Positions 34,381-46,217 of a stretch of 64,000 bases of DNA are shown in pieces. Positions within the stretch are counted from its first letter, which is position 1; each line of letters opens with the position of its first letter. The stretch is from the NCBI GenBank assembly GCA_000091205.1, contig AP006494.2. One strand, written 5' to 3'. The stretch is from Cyanidioschyzon merolae (lineage: Eukaryota). The notes beneath the pieces are model-generated. The model did not search any database, was not told the DNA's origin, and saw only the letters and a program-made list of their open reading frames with translations. The position numbers and the translations under genes were made by a program.

Positions 34381-35770
34381 CCGCAGACGCCTCCTAGCCC
34401 TTTCGACCCGCCCACTGATATCGGCTCCAGCTCTTTCCTGGACGATTCGGGTCAAACAAGCTGCTCCACGAAGTTGGATCGCTTCAGCACCTCGCCTCTC
34501 GCCTTCAGCACAACATATCGTCTGGTATAGACAGCAGCGCTATACTTTCGGTTCACAAATTCCATGCCTTTATTTCCTCTGGATGGACTCACGTATGCAA
34601 GGAGTCCTCGCTCTCGTGCCCTCAGTGCCATTCGTCGTTCTGTCAGCTCTCGGTACTTTTCTGTCGCCGAAGCGCTCCGCCGCCTTATTTCCAGCTCGAC
34701 TGTCTGAAATGGACGTCCCAGCTCATTCCTGACCTTTTCAAAATGAGCACACCTCTTCGTGTCCCTCGGTGACAACCCTCCCAGAGGAACACGTACTTGC
34801 GGGCGAAAGACGACATGCGCCCCGATGTGTCACTGTGTGCTGAACGCTGCACCGATTCGCCCAGTGGAGCGATCGTTACGTTTCGCGATAGAAATCACTC
34901 CTTGGATGAGGTTGAACCACGGGCGCTACGGATGAATGGGAAGCAGGCCTAGACCTACAGAATCGGCAACGGCTCGAACGCAAACGGAATGGTGAAATAC
35001 CACATCGTCCACTCTGAGAACGTTGCAAGACGTGAAGGAATAGCCTTCGATGGTTTGACAAGGTGGTTGGTGCTGTTGTATGCAACCTCTCTACGAGCGA
35101 AAGCGAGGCAGCCTGTTGAGTCCGCGGCAGCAAGATTAGATGATGATGATGACGTCGCTCTCCTCGAGCTCGATCAAACATACTGCAGGACCCCGCCGCG
35201 AATATCCATGTCGGCTCCGACGGTTTCGTCTCAAGGAGGTCACATCGACTGAAAGAACAAACCGCGGTGTCCCTGTACTTTTTTTTACCGATCGCAGCGT
35301 TCCAGGAACTTTATCGTTGCGATTTCAGTGGAACATGTCCGTGACTAGACCAGCACTCTGTTTTGGCGATTGTTTCCCGGTCTTTTCAGAATCACACGAA
35401 CCAGCTGTTGAGAAACGGAGACGCCCCTGGTGTCTACTGTCTTCGCTTTTGCTCTCCGTACGCTGATCAACGGGTCGATTTTCTACCTGTGACCGCTAAT
35501 TGCCTTTGAGAAAATCGGTGATTGGCGCGGAGCACACGTACTTGTTTCTTTCAGTGTGCCGCAACCGTCTGAGCACTGTGGTATGACTGATCTGAACGAT
35601 GAATGCAGTCCTCCTTGCACTGTTCAGTAAAGAACATATCCGAGAGGAAATCCGTCCACGATCCATGCAGTACAATGCATCGTGATTTCGATGTCCTGCT
35701 ATACAGTCCTAACAAGCATTCGATTCCACGCAGCGGGGGGTTGGAACAGAACTGAGTTGAGAAGTAGAAA
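34381..35770. repeat. Segmental duplication A, copy 1 (about 1.39 kb; near-identical copy at 41928-43300); carries small conserved ORFs and the 200-bp dispersed module at its 3-prime end
   Basis: The ORF-track proteins are identical between copies (e.g. 'MSPRDTKRCAHFEKVRNELGRPFQTVELEIRRR…' at 34452-34775 and 41995-42318). The DNA aligns end to end, with only a few differences (an extra T-run at 35277-35286 and a few substitutions). Confidence 0.9.
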
Positions 35771-36681
35771 CAGTCCGCCACTGCGCAGACAGAGGCTTCT
35801 GTCAATTCGCAATAGTACTACTATAAGTTGTATTCGCGATGGCAGCGAATTCTTCTTCCGACACGCGCGGAACACGAACTGCGGCTTGTCGTCGAGCATT
35901 AGATGGGTAACCGGGCTTCTGCCCTGTCGCTTAGAAACACTTGTTAAGATTTCTAGGAATATCGCGGACGCGCTCGTCATGTACGACCCGAGAGGCCTCG
36001 CAAAGCCACGCGACAGAGCGAGATTTGCCGCTCGCCACGATGCCTCGTTCCATTATTCGCACCAGAGATAGCTTTACGTTCGATGTTTTGCCCGGTTTAG
36101 AAGACTTTGACAAGGTCGGAGACAAACGTGTGGCAGAACTGAATACTCGTGACGAGCGAAGGCTTTGCCACTGTAAAAGATACCCCTTGTTTGGTATGCG
36201 TGTCCTTTAACCATCGCTTTCCAACAATATCGACGCACGATTGGCCCTTGCCCCGGAGACTGAAGCTCATTGGCGATCAGCTGGCGGGGGATACGCTTGG
36301 GAATTCGCTCGAGAGTGGAAAATGTTGAATAGAAACTGCGCGATTCGGAATCATGATCTCGAGATCTTCAATGACTGCCATCAGCGATCTATCTCTTTGC
36401 TTTGAAGAAAGCCCTGTAAAAAGATAGGGCGGCAGAGATGAGGTACTTGTAGACAATGAATCCCCGATTCATCACGTATTGGCTGCGACATAAATTGACA
36501 CAGGTCATTCAGTCTGTTGATCTACAAGCCCGTCAAAGGAGGATGCCGACATGTGAAAGCGTTTTCGTAAATTCTAATGGGCCAAGGCAAATTTTGCGCA
36601 AAGGCATGAGCGCATCTCATGAATGAGCATATAAGCTAGTGCATTCGCACATAGAGCTATTGAATACCTGCAGCGTCGCAT

Positions 36682-37476
36682 TTAGACCGCCATGCTGCGT
36701 CTCAGGGAAGCAAGTTCATCCTCGTTTGCTTGAGGTGCATGAGACCGTCCGGAAGCTGCTTCCCCAGCTACTGTGGAACGCGGTAGCGGATCACGTGGTA
36801 CAGGTGGCGCGCGTGTTGCCAGTTCCATTTCAGGAGACCACTTCGATTCACCAAGCCAAGGCGCATTCCTAGAGGATTCCTCCACAGGTTCTTCATGATC
36901 CTGGAGATACACGGGAACGGAACCTTTTTCTGTACGCATCATTTGGTCCTGTGCCATTTCCGACTCGAGGGAGTCAAGCTCAGCTAAAAGCTCCACATCG
37001 TCAAATTCGGCGTCAACGTGGTAGGAACGTCCGAGAACCTCTTGCACCTCGTCTGTATCCTGAAGCACGTCTGCAAGCTCATATGCAGCGTCCTCAAGAC
37101 GGTCCACGTTCGTATGTTTGAGCTGCTTTGCAAGCTGCTTCCGCGAGACTCGCATTTGCTGCTCAGACTCTCGCGCCATACGGAGGTTTTCGTTCGCAAA
37201 CTGTACCTGATCCATTGTTAGCGTTTGGTTTGTGTAGACCCCCATTTGGTTTTCGAGCATTTTCCGATGTTTCAAGCAGAGCAGGGCGCGTGCTTCGGCC
37301 GTGCGGTAGGCAGCGCTTCCCTTTGGTGCCGTCCGCATCTGCTGCCGACAACGAAAGAGCTCCTTCTCTATCGTCTCCAGCTTGCCTCGAACCAGCTCGC
37401 TGCGGCTATTCAGACGACTCTGGTATTCCTCTTGTGTTATAGGAGGTGCCTTCTTTTTCCAGAACATATCGAACAA
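36682..37476 (-). CDS. CHMP5: ESCRT-III subunit CHMP5 / Vps60 (Snf7 family)
   Basis: 264 aa. 'EVQEVLGRSYHVDAEFDDVELLAELDSLESEMAQD' versus human CHMP5 '[34 protein letters not shown]'. The N-terminal basic coiled coil matches across its full length. Confidence 0.85.
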   Translation of the reverse strand: MFDMFWKKKAPPITQEEYQSRLNSRSELVRGKLETIEKELFRCRQQMRTAPKGSAAYRTAEARALLCLKHRKMLENQMGVYTNQTLTMDQVQFANENLRMARESEQQMRVSRKQLAKQLKHTNVDRLEDAAYELADVLQDTDEVQEVLGRSYHVDAEFDDVELLAELDSLESEMAQDQMMRTEKGSVPVYLQDHEEPVEESSRNAPWLGESKWSPEMELATRAPPVPRDPLPRSTVAGEAASGRSHAPQANEDELASLRRSMAV

Positions 37477-37722
37477 TGTTTGTTACCGCCGAGAGTATAA
37501 GCGACAAGTGCTACTGCTGTCGAGCTGAAGGCAGAAGTGCGCGCACGCGTGCGTGTCTCGGCTATGCGGCCAAAACAGACAGCACCTGAGATCTGTAACG
37601 TGCCGTGCGCAATCCGCATAAATCACTCGTGAGGCAGTTTCCTGTTCACTATCACGGGTGTGATCCATTTTTTCGGTACAGTTGGAGTGCATCTTGCTTC
37701 ACGATACCATGCAGCAGTGACA

Positions 37723-37762
37723 GTGATGATGATGATCATGATGATGATGATGATGATGATGA
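37723..37762. repeat. (GATGAT)n / (ATG)n microsatellite
   Basis: gtgatgatgatgatcatgatgatgatgatgatgatgaa is seen directly. Confidence 0.9.
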
Positions 37763-37879
37763 ATTCCCATGAACCTCCGGTGATGATTCTCGGTAAAAAT
37801 GCTCGACGTCTTCCTAGCAATGCAAGCTGTGTTCATGTATATCCTTTCACCTGAATTGTGTGCCAGCTCTAAGCTCATG

Positions 37880-38400
37880 TCATTAAATGCTTGCTCGCAC
37901 TTTTTAGCAGATGCGTTCGATATACGTTCATTTCTACGAAAAGAAACTGTAACGGAAAGATAAGAATACGGATCTCAGGGATTTCAATTGGTCGCTATTG
38001 CCGATTGCCTGAGAAAACAAAAAAATCCTGTCCTTGCCGACCATCGAGCGACGGGGAGCATTTTACGACGACTACGGAGAAGAAAAGGGGGCATATGCCA
38101 GATGAGATGTTCGTCCCACGGGATGATGACGAGCCTGTCGTTGCACAGAGGCTGCGAGCTCGGAGAATCCCTGCATTGATGAGCACCATCAGCGTCAATA
38201 CAGGCAACAAGCTCATGAACGGAAACCTCAATGCCCCCATCAGTATCAAAAGATATGCGGTGCCGAAGACGAGACCATCGGAGCTGACTCGCGCAAACTT
38301 TGTAAGGCAGCATCCCAGGCTCGAAGTGTGCAGGGGGAGGCTGAAACCGACGATAGGGAACCGGTCGCAAAAAGGCTGGGAGGCGTATGCGAGCGGTCGT
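37880..38400 (+). mobile_element. 3-prime-terminal remnant of Fanzor/TnpB-like element (about 110 aa C-terminal RuvC-III region plus about 200 bp upstream), subfamily 1; paralogous to 45480-46000
   Basis: 'RRIPALMSTISVNTGNKLMNGNLNAPISIKRYAVPKTRPSELTRANFVRQHPRLEV' parallels 'RGLLALISTTNDGKKRMELVNRDLNAAINIRRCAMLENRPPYLPRANFIGQPLKVEL' of the 22.7 kb copy. About 93% DNA identity to 45688-45998, with weaker similarity upstream. Confidence 0.55.
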
Positions 38401-38451
38401 ATAAATGTTTACCCTTCCTTGTCGACGAACGTTTTCGTTTTGAGATCATAC

Positions 38452-40121
38452 TCATATTGACTATTTCGACACCAGTATCACTCATGAATCGCTCAGCAAA
38501 ATCATACGCGTTTTCTACAGATATGGCGCATCAACCGTCCGGGAGTGCTGAACAGCACCACGCCTGTCCCGCCTCTGGATGAGAATCATTCAATCACGCC
38601 ACGCATGACAGCCGATTCTTCCCAAGTCTGATTCGCCAGCGCTCGGGGACAACGCTCACACGGTATGCTGAACGATTTTCACATAGTTTCGCGCGACCCA
38701 AGCCTGCTGGACGCTTCGGCAGCTCGGCACATCTCCGGATGCTGATAAAGGCGTTGATGTCTCAGAGCAGCAAAAAAGGATCGCACGCATCGCTCCCGGC
38801 AGAAGAATCAATCCGTCACAGTCCGATCGCCTCGCACTGCGGCGTCTGCCATAGTCTGGTAAACTCGGCTTGCCCCGTTTCGGGCACCCAGCTCACTTCT
38901 ATGCTCGTCTTTACTCCCTGTTCCAGCGTGCACCAGTGCTCGTGGTGCGCGTGCGTCATCCTAAACGCGTCGATGGATACCGCACAGAACCGAGACATGC
39001 ACTCACACTGCGCTCTCGTCCACAGGGCACGAGTGCGGCCTCTGCACACAACAGCACATCCAGCGCTATAGGAAGCACCGAAGTGACGCGCATGATCGGT
39101 CGCTTCCATTTCGAGCGCACTGCACGAGCAGCTGAATACACGCTGCGTGCCGCCGTACAAAAGCGTCGTGGACGACGCGAGCGCGGTCCCAGGTACGCCC
39201 GCCACCGGTCTCCCGCATGTGGGACTCGGGCCTGCACTGGCTCTCCGAATGAAGCCTACAAAGCGTGACCCCCGCCTTGATACGGTGCGGGGCGCATCGA
39301 GACGCGCGCTGGCGCCTTCGTGACGCTGGCTCGTAGGCCCTCTGGCACACGTATTGCCCAGCCGCACATAGCACCGAGCACTGGAATCGCTGCGCAGCTT
39401 GATATGCGTTCTGTGCAGGTCTTTGGATACGTCCCGTCGATGTGGAAGCACCGCGACGGCCACGAGTGCCTTCGGTGTGAGACCCATGCGCATGCCAAAG
39501 GCTCTCTCTCCAACCACGATGAACGCTTCGCCGCGAGTCTCGCTGCTCGATTCAGGGCTCAGACTGGCAATATGCACGTAGACTGGTATTCCGTCGGTCT
39601 CCATGGTACCAGGAACCTGCTTTCCGTTTCCTCACTGTGAGCAGGCAACCCTGAACATGCTTCGTTCGTGCTCTTAGCAGCGTTGTCCACAGAGACCAGC
39701 GGTCGCTCTCTGCGCAGACTATGCAGTACACTGCAAGATTGTCGACCGCGACGCAGAGGAACTCTCGGCGACGCATATGGTGGCTGTCCCAGGTGGTCGC
39801 TAGAGGAGGCTGGGGCGCTCGCATTCGGAGAGCAAGGGCGCTTTTCTCTCGCGGAACCTGTTCATGCTGAGGCTGTAGCACAAGGTGCGAGGAGGGCACG
39901 TACCACGTTTCAACCAACCCGTGGGTACGATGTCCGTCGGTATCAGGCTGCCAGCAATACGATGAGCTTTGAGGATCGGGATCGACTTGTGCGCTCTCAG
40001 TGACGTTTCCTCGGAACTCGCGACCACCTCGATCGCTTTCGGCACCAGAAGCTCCTCATTGACCTTCTTCGATATGCGAAGCATTCTCTCCATGTGTCCC
40101 GACTTTTCTCAACCAGGAACC
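38452..40121. repeat. Segmental duplication B, copy 1 (about 1.67 kb; near-identical copy at 50086-51759); contains conserved minus-strand ORFs (40093-39800 and 39604-38816) of unknown function
   Basis: The ORF-track proteins are identical between the copies ('METDGIPVYVHIASLSPESSSETRGEAFIVVGERAFGMRMGLTPKALVAVAVL…' and 'MERMLRISKKVNEELLVPKAIEVVASSEETSLRAHKSIPILKAHRIAG…'). Only single-residue differences are seen (e.g. RLGNTCARGPTSQR versus RRGNTCARGPTSQH). Confidence 0.9.
38816..40093 (-). CDS. Hypothetical protein encoded within duplication B (possibly two exons: 40093-39800 and 39604-38816); second copy at 50448-51725
   Basis: The ORFs are conserved intact in both copies of the duplication. 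No confident family assignment; a faint resemblance to Iojap/RsfS-like or other small alpha/beta folds is not supportable. Confidence 0.25.
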
Positions 40122-40816
40122 TGAGGGTTTATCGCGCCGGCTGCGCGTTGCTTCTATTGCATATTTGCTCGATGGACACGCTGCTGGTGTCTTTTTGCGG
40201 CAATACCAAGGTGAAACAGTCATATAATTCAGCGCGGGATCCAACACAAAATTCTTCTACTTTTTACGCCGGTCTGATCGCACCGTGTGCTACAGGCAAG
40301 AGCGGAACGCTCTAACAGACGAAAGCTTATGGATGATTCCGGGTCCTCTACATACATACGCCTGCTTTATGTCGCGCAAAACCAGTGCCCAACCATTGAA
40401 TGGGCTACAAACTCACGCAAGTCGCTGCTGTGAGCGCTTCCGTGTTAGAGTTTCACCATTGAATTCCGAGGCTTCTCTCTATCGCATACAATGTCACGAA
40501 GAACAGATCGTTTAATTTGCCTTTGCCAAACCTGCTCGTGTTCTTCCATACCAAGTCATTCTGCGGGATCGACATCAGGGCCATGCCTCCAAAGCAGCAG
40601 TTCTTTGACGATCTGGCAGAGCACAGTCCCAAAAGCCACCTTCGCGGGGACTGCATGCGCAACTATAGCATCCACTGGGCGCCAAGCGTTGCACCATTCG
40701 CAGAACACGCCAACAAAACCCCGCGCGAGCTGTCCAGTACCCGGCGTGACTGATCTGATGACAATCTCCTGCTTGCTTCCCGTGAAACGAAGGGATCCGC
40801 ACTGTCGGCCGCTCAT

Positions 40817-41695
40817 CTACTGTGCCTTACCTTCGATGACGCGATCAATCAGACCATACTCGACGGCCTCCTGCGCTGACATGAAATTGTCTCTGCTCAT
40901 ATCCCGGATCAGTTTTTCGTACGGTTGTCCAGTCATCTTCGAGTATTCGTACGTAAGTGCATCTCGAATGCGCAAAATCTGCTCTGCCTCAACTTTGAGG
41001 TCTGACGCCTGCCCTTGCGCTCCGCCGAGCGGTTGGTGAATCATGACCCGAGAGTGCGGCAGGGCAAAACGCTTGCCCTTCTCCCCGGCAGCAAGCAGAA
41101 AGCTCGACATAGACGCAGCAAGGCCAACGTTTATTGTCACGACCTCGGACTTGATATGTCGCATCGTGTCGTACACTGCAAGACCCGCTACTACGGAGCC
41201 TCCGGGTGAGTTGATGTAGAGATAGATAGGCTTTGTATTGTCCTCGGAGTCAAGATAGAGCATCACGGCGATAATTTGGTTCGCAAGCTCGTCGTCTAAC
41301 TCGCTCCCTAGAAAAATGATACGTTCTCGGTACATACGGTTGTAAATATCCACCCACTCAGCCTGAGTTCCTCCCGGAACACGAAAAGCGACTTTCGGCA
41401 CTCCGACTGGCATCATGTAGATCCGGGCGCTGGAACTGCGACTTTCCCGAACACGGAAAGTCCGCTTCGCACAACTCCGTTCACCTCCGTGCAAGAAGCT
41501 CCGATTATGCCAGCCTTCATAACCGCTTTGACGACCACCATACTTCCCCACGAACGGCGGGGTCGCGAAACCTAGAGAAGTCATTCCGTGTGCGTGCTTC
41601 CGTGAACAACCCACACGAACAAACGCTGCCAAATGCTTTATCCCCACAGCTCGTGGATCTTTCACACCCTCCTCGCCAGCAGCATGATATGACAT
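40817..41695 (-). CDS. clpP: ATP-dependent Clp protease proteolytic subunit ClpP with long N-terminal (organelle-targeting-like) extension
   Basis: '[102 protein letters not shown]' matches the ClpP core, including the catalytic Ser (GLAASM) and His (MIHQP) contexts. Confidence 0.9.
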   Translation of the reverse strand: MSYHAAGEEGVKDPRAVGIKHLAAFVRVGCSRKHAHGMTSLGFATPPFVGKYGGRQSGYEGWHNRSFLHGGERSCAKRTFRVRESRSSSARIYMMPVGVPKVAFRVPGGTQAEWVDIYNRMYRERIIFLGSELDDELANQIIAVMLYLDSEDNTKPIYLYINSPGGSVVAGLAVYDTMRHIKSEVVTINVGLAASMSSFLLAAGEKGKRFALPHSRVMIHQPLGGAQGQASDLKVEAEQILRIRDALTYEYSKMTGQPYEKLIRDMSRDNFMSAQEAVEYGLIDRVIEGKAQ

Positions 41696-41927
41696 TCGGG
41701 GAGTGCATCAACGTGCGGCGGCGGCGGTAGCGGCGGCAGCGGCGGTGTCATTACAGAGCGCAGCGCCCATCACTGCGATTGCGTGTGAGCGATGGTGCCC
41801 TAAAGAGATCGCTGTGCACTGTTTCGGTCATCATCCCTGATGCCTCTGTGTCGATGTTTTCTCGTAGATGTCAGCAAAACGATAGACGCTTGACAGCCAT
41901 AGAGGGTATATGTATCTACTCGCATGC

Positions 41928-43300
41928 AGACGCCTCCTAGCCCTTTCGACCCGCCCACTGATATCGGCTCCAGCTCTTTCCTGGACGATTCGGGTCAAAC
42001 AAGCTGCTCCACGAAGTTGGATCGCTTCAGCACCTCGCCTCTCGCCTTCAGCACAACATATCGTCTGGTATAGACAGCAGCGCTATACTTTCGGTTCACA
42101 AATTCCATGCCTTTATTTCCTCTGGATGGACTCACGTATGCAAGGAGTCCTCGCTCTCGTGCCCTCAGTGCCATTCGTCGTTCTGTCAGCTCTCGGTACT
42201 TTTCTGTCGCCGAAGCGCTCCGCCGCCTTATTTCCAGCTCGACTGTCTGAAATGGACGTCCCAGCTCATTCCTGACCTTTTCAAAATGAGCACACCTCTT
42301 CGTGTCCCTCGGTGACAACCCTCCCAGAGGAACACGTACTTGCGGGCGAAAGACGACATGCGCCCCGATGTGTCACTGTGTGCTGAACGCTGCACCGATT
42401 CGCCCAGTGGAGCGATCGTTACGTTTCGCGATAGAAATCACTCCTTGGATGAGGTTGAACCACGGGCGCTACGGATGAATGGGAAGCAGGCCTAGACCTA
42501 CAGAATCGGCAACGGCTCGAACGCAAACGGAATGGTGAAATACCACATCGTCCACTCTGAGAACGTTGCAAGACGTGAAGGAATAGCCTTCGATGGTTTG
42601 ACAAGGTGGTTGGTGCTGTTGTATGCAACCTCTCTACGAGCGAAAGCGAGGCTGCCGGTTGAGTCCGCGGCAGCAAGATTAGATGATGATGATGACGTCG
42701 CTCTCCTCGAGCTCGATCAAACATACTGCAGGACCCCGCCGCGAATATCCATGTCGGCTCCGACGGTTTCGTCTCAAGGAGGTCACATCGACTGAAAGAA
42801 CAAACCGCGGTGTCCCTGTACCTTTTACCGATCGCAGCGTCCCAGGAACTTTATCGTTGCGATTTCAGTGGAACATGTCCGTGACTAGACCAGCACTCTG
42901 TTTTGGCGATTGTTTCCCGGTCTTTTCAGAATCACACGAACCAGCTGTTGAGAAACGGAGACGCCCCTGGTGTCTACTGTCTTCGCTTTTGCTCTCCGTA
43001 CGCTGATCAACGGGTCGATTTTCTACCTGTGACCGCTAATTGCCTTTGAGAAAATCGGTGATTGGCGCGGAGCACACGTACTTGTTTCTTTCAGTGTGCC
43101 GCAACCGTCTGAGCACTGTGGTATGACTGATCTGAACGATGAATGCAGTCCTCCTTGCACTGTTCAGTAAAGAACATATCCGAGAGGAAATCCGTCCACG
43201 ATCCATGCAGTACAATGCATCGTGATTTCGATGTCCTGCTATACAGTCCTAACAAGCATTCGATTCCACGCAGCGGCGGGCTGGAACAGAACTGAGTTGA
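41928..43300. repeat. Segmental duplication A, copy 2
   Basis: See copy 1. Lies between the ClpP and DEAD-box helicase genes. Confidence 0.9.
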
Positions 43301-43647
43301 AAGACTATAACCGCGGATCGGGTCGCGCGGTCTGTACTTCGGCCTGAACTGCAAAGTTCTGGAGGCACGACTAACAATATTGCTGTTCTACATACTTTGA
43401 TCAGCAAGTTCCTCGTTTTACTTGGAAAGGCCATCGATTGGCAACCACAGCGGGCAGGACGACAGCCAAACGAACATTTCAACAAACGATATAGTACAGA
43501 ACTCCGTCCAGCTCTGGCTCACGTTACCTGGTCAACGAACACTACGGCCGTAACCAGGAAAGGTACGGTCTGAACTTGTGAAGCAAGCGACGCAGTGTTC
43601 GGCGGGCGCTTTGAGCTTATTGGGAGCTTGGGCACAGCACCTGCATT

Positions 43648-45432
43648 GTGTACCAGAGCCGTGATAACTCTGGACTGCCAACCGTGCGCCGCAGCCTAGA
43701 TACGCGCTCCCAGAGAAGTAGGTGCCAAATCATGACTTGGGCTTTTCTCGGTTTCCTGGCACCCCTGCCGGCTTGGAGGTGCGATCATCATAAGACGATA
43801 GGTGCTGGCAGCTGCAATTCGTTGCATACGGGGGGCGCTCACTGTTCCAGGCTGCGCCGTGCGGCCCTTGTGCGGGTACCAGGTCTCATAAATCCTGCTC
43901 CGTCTCTGTGGTATGCTAAGCGGCGCAGCTGCCGGCGCAGTGAGAGGTCAGCGCCTCTGAATCTGACATCCTCATTCGCCTCCCTGGGTGTTTTCCCGGA
44001 ACTCGTTACAGCACTCGATGCGGTGGGCATCCAGACCCCAACTGCCATTCAGACCCGCGCCGTTCCTGCGATTCTCGGAGGAGCCAGCGTTATCATCGGA
44101 TCTGCGACAGGTTCAGGCAAGACCCTTGCCTACTTGCTCCCAATAGTACAAAGACTCAAAAGCGAAGAACAGCAGGTCGTCTCGGAAATGCAGACAGAGG
44201 AAGCGGCTGAAATGATGCGGCGTGGGCGGCATCCCCTGCGCAGACCAGGTGCACCGCGAGCGTTAGTCATTACGCCGACTCGAGAGCTTGCAGAGCAAGT
44301 GCTTGGAGTCTGCAAGCACCTATCGCACTATATCAAAATTCGTGCGGCTTCGGGTCTGGGCGTCCGTCGCATAGTTCGCGCGCAGTTGGAAGAGCAGCCT
44401 GTCGACATCCTGATCACGACAAGTGGACGTCTACTGCAGCTCCTGGACGAGCAACTCATTCGACTGCGATCTGTGCAAACTGTCGTTCTCGACGAAGTAG
44501 ATACACTGCTGCTGGATGAGGGAGGATTCCACGACGATATTCGACAAATCATGGGAAAAGCCCGCAATACGCAGCAGTTCATCGCCGTCGGAGCGACGCA
44601 CCCCACTGCAGCGCAGAAGCTCTACAGAGAGTTCTGTCCAGGTGCAAAACCCATCACTGTGGATCTCCACCAGACACCATCGAACCTGCGTCAGAGGTTT
44701 ATTCGTGTGAGCGGTGCGAACGGCAAGACCGATGAAATCCTCGCGCTTCTCAAGGAGGAGACTCATAAGAAAACCCGTTTGCTCTCCGGAGGACGAGTTA
44801 TGGTGTTCTGCAATACGGTCGACAGTTGTAGATTTCTGGACTATTTTCTGCAGGAGCACGGCTTCACTACAGCGAATTACCATGGTGACATCCCGAAAGA
44901 CAGGCGCGAAGAAGAATTTCAAGCTTTTGTACGAGGCGAACGGCAGATTCTCGTTTGCACTGACATTGCGGCACGGGGACTCGACTACGACCACAAGATA
45001 GATCAAGTGATACTCTTCGATTTTCCGCGCACTGCCATAGACTACTTGCATCGGGCCGGGCGCACCGCTCGGGGTCCCTCGGGAACCGGCACCGTTACCT
45101 CTCTCGTAACAAAAAAAGATTTGCCACTAGCGAGCTTCATTGAGGACGCAACTCGCATCGTAGGTGTAGACCTCGTGCAGTACTGCGAGACCAAAATGCG
45201 TGAAGCCGTGAAACGAGACGAAAAACCCACGAACGTGAACGCGTCCAACGCGCCCCGCTCCGGTACTCGCCCTGGATCACGTACACGTCCTGGACCTGGT
45301 GCACGTCCTGGACCTGGTGCACGTCCTGGGCCTGGTGCACGTCCTGGACCTGGTGCACGTTCTGGACCTGGTGCACGTCCTGGACCTGGTGCACGTCCTG
45401 GGCCTGGTGCACGTTCTGGGCCGCCAAAGTGA
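43648..45432 (+). CDS. DEAD-box ATP-dependent RNA helicase (organellar-type N-terminal extension) with C-terminal (PGPGAR)n low-complexity tail
   Basis: Q motif '[14 protein letters not shown]'. Motif I '[15 protein letters not shown]'. Motif Ia 'PTRELAEQ'. Motif II 'VLDEVD'. Motif III 'GAT'. Motif VI 'HRAGRTARG'. The tail, encoded 45271-45424, is an 18-bp tandem repeat cctggacctggtgcacgt. The true start codon is uncertain (the ORF track starts at 43648). Confidence 0.85.
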   Translation: MYQSRDNSGLPTVRRSLDTRSQRSRCQIMTWAFLGFLAPLPAWRCDHHKTIGAGSCNSLHTGGAHCSRLRRAALVRVPGLINPAPSLWYAKRRSCRRSERSAPLNLTSSFASLGVFPELVTALDAVGIQTPTAIQTRAVPAILGGASVIIGSATGSGKTLAYLLPIVQRLKSEEQQVVSEMQTEEAAEMMRRGRHPLRRPGAPRALVITPTRELAEQVLGVCKHLSHYIKIRAASGLGVRRIVRAQLEEQPVDILITTSGRLLQLLDEQLIRLRSVQTVVLDEVDTLLLDEGGFHDDIRQIMGKARNTQQFIAVGATHPTAAQKLYREFCPGAKPITVDLHQTPSNLRQRFIRVSGANGKTDEILALLKEETHKKTRLLSGGRVMVFCNTVDSCRFLDYFLQEHGFTTANYHGDIPKDRREEEFQAFVRGERQILVCTDIAARGLDYDHKIDQVILFDFPRTAIDYLHRAGRTARGPSGTGTVTSLVTKKDLPLASFIEDATRIVGVDLVQYCETKMREAVKRDEKPTNVNASNAPRSGTRPGSRTRPGPGARPGPGARPGPGARPGPGARSGPGARPGPGARPGPGARSGPPK

Positions 45433-45479
45433 ACTCGTGGACCGCTAACTGCCGTTTACCTCTACTAGACTCGACCCCC

Positions 45480-46000
45480 AGGTGCGTGTCATCAAATGCA
45501 TTTTCGCCATTTACAGCAGATGTGTTCGAAGTGCGTTCATTTTGTAGAAAGAAAAGGCCATGAGATAGGTATGGACGTTGTAGTCGGGAATCCTGGAGGA
45601 CCGTCATCGCCCGGTTCGACATAAATGCGAAAATATCCCCTTTTCGCCAACCATCAAGCGAAGAAGCGCAAATGAAGAAGCTGAAGAGGGGCAATATGCC
45701 AGAAAAGATGTTTGTCCCACGGGACGATGACGAGCCTGTCGTTGCACAGAGGCTGCGAGCTCGGAGAATCCCTGCATTGATGAGCACCACCAGCGTCAAT
45801 ACAGGCAACAAGCTCATGAACGGAAACCTCAACGCCCCCATCAAAATCAGAAGATACGCGGTGCTGAAGACGAGACCAGCGGAGCTGACTCGCGCAAACT
45901 TTGCAGGGCAGCATCCCAGGCTCGAAGTGTGCAAGGGGAGGCTGAAACCGACGGTAGGGGGCCGGTCGCAAAAAGGCTGGGAGGCGGCGTCTGCGGATAG
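45480..46000 (+). mobile_element. 3-prime-terminal remnant of Fanzor/TnpB-like element, subfamily 1 (paralogue of 37880-38400)
   Basis: 'MPEKMFVPRDDDEPVVAQRLRARRIPALMSTTSVNTGNKLMNGNLNAPIKIRRYAVLKTRPAELTRANFAGQHPRLEV'. Lies immediately downstream of the helicase gene. Confidence 0.55.
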
Positions 46001-46217
46001 ATATTAATTTGCACTCCATGGTCGTGCAGCTCTTTTGCATCACTGACTTGTGGTGTGTCTTAGGGTACAGTGATTCCCGCTTCTTCATGGGCACCACCGG
46101 CGTCAACAGTCGATGTTTGCTGCGCGAGCGTCAGGCACGATGCGTGGTTAGAATAAAATGGAACTCTGAACAGAGCGCTCTGTTCCGTCGTTGACCTTTT
46201 TTCCTAAACGTTTTTAG

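Noticed and set aside
38816-39604. Possibility that the duplication-B ORF is a known housekeeping family (Iojap/RsfS, CinA, MogA were considered)
   Set aside because: None of the candidate families' diagnostic motifs are present. Left as hypothetical.
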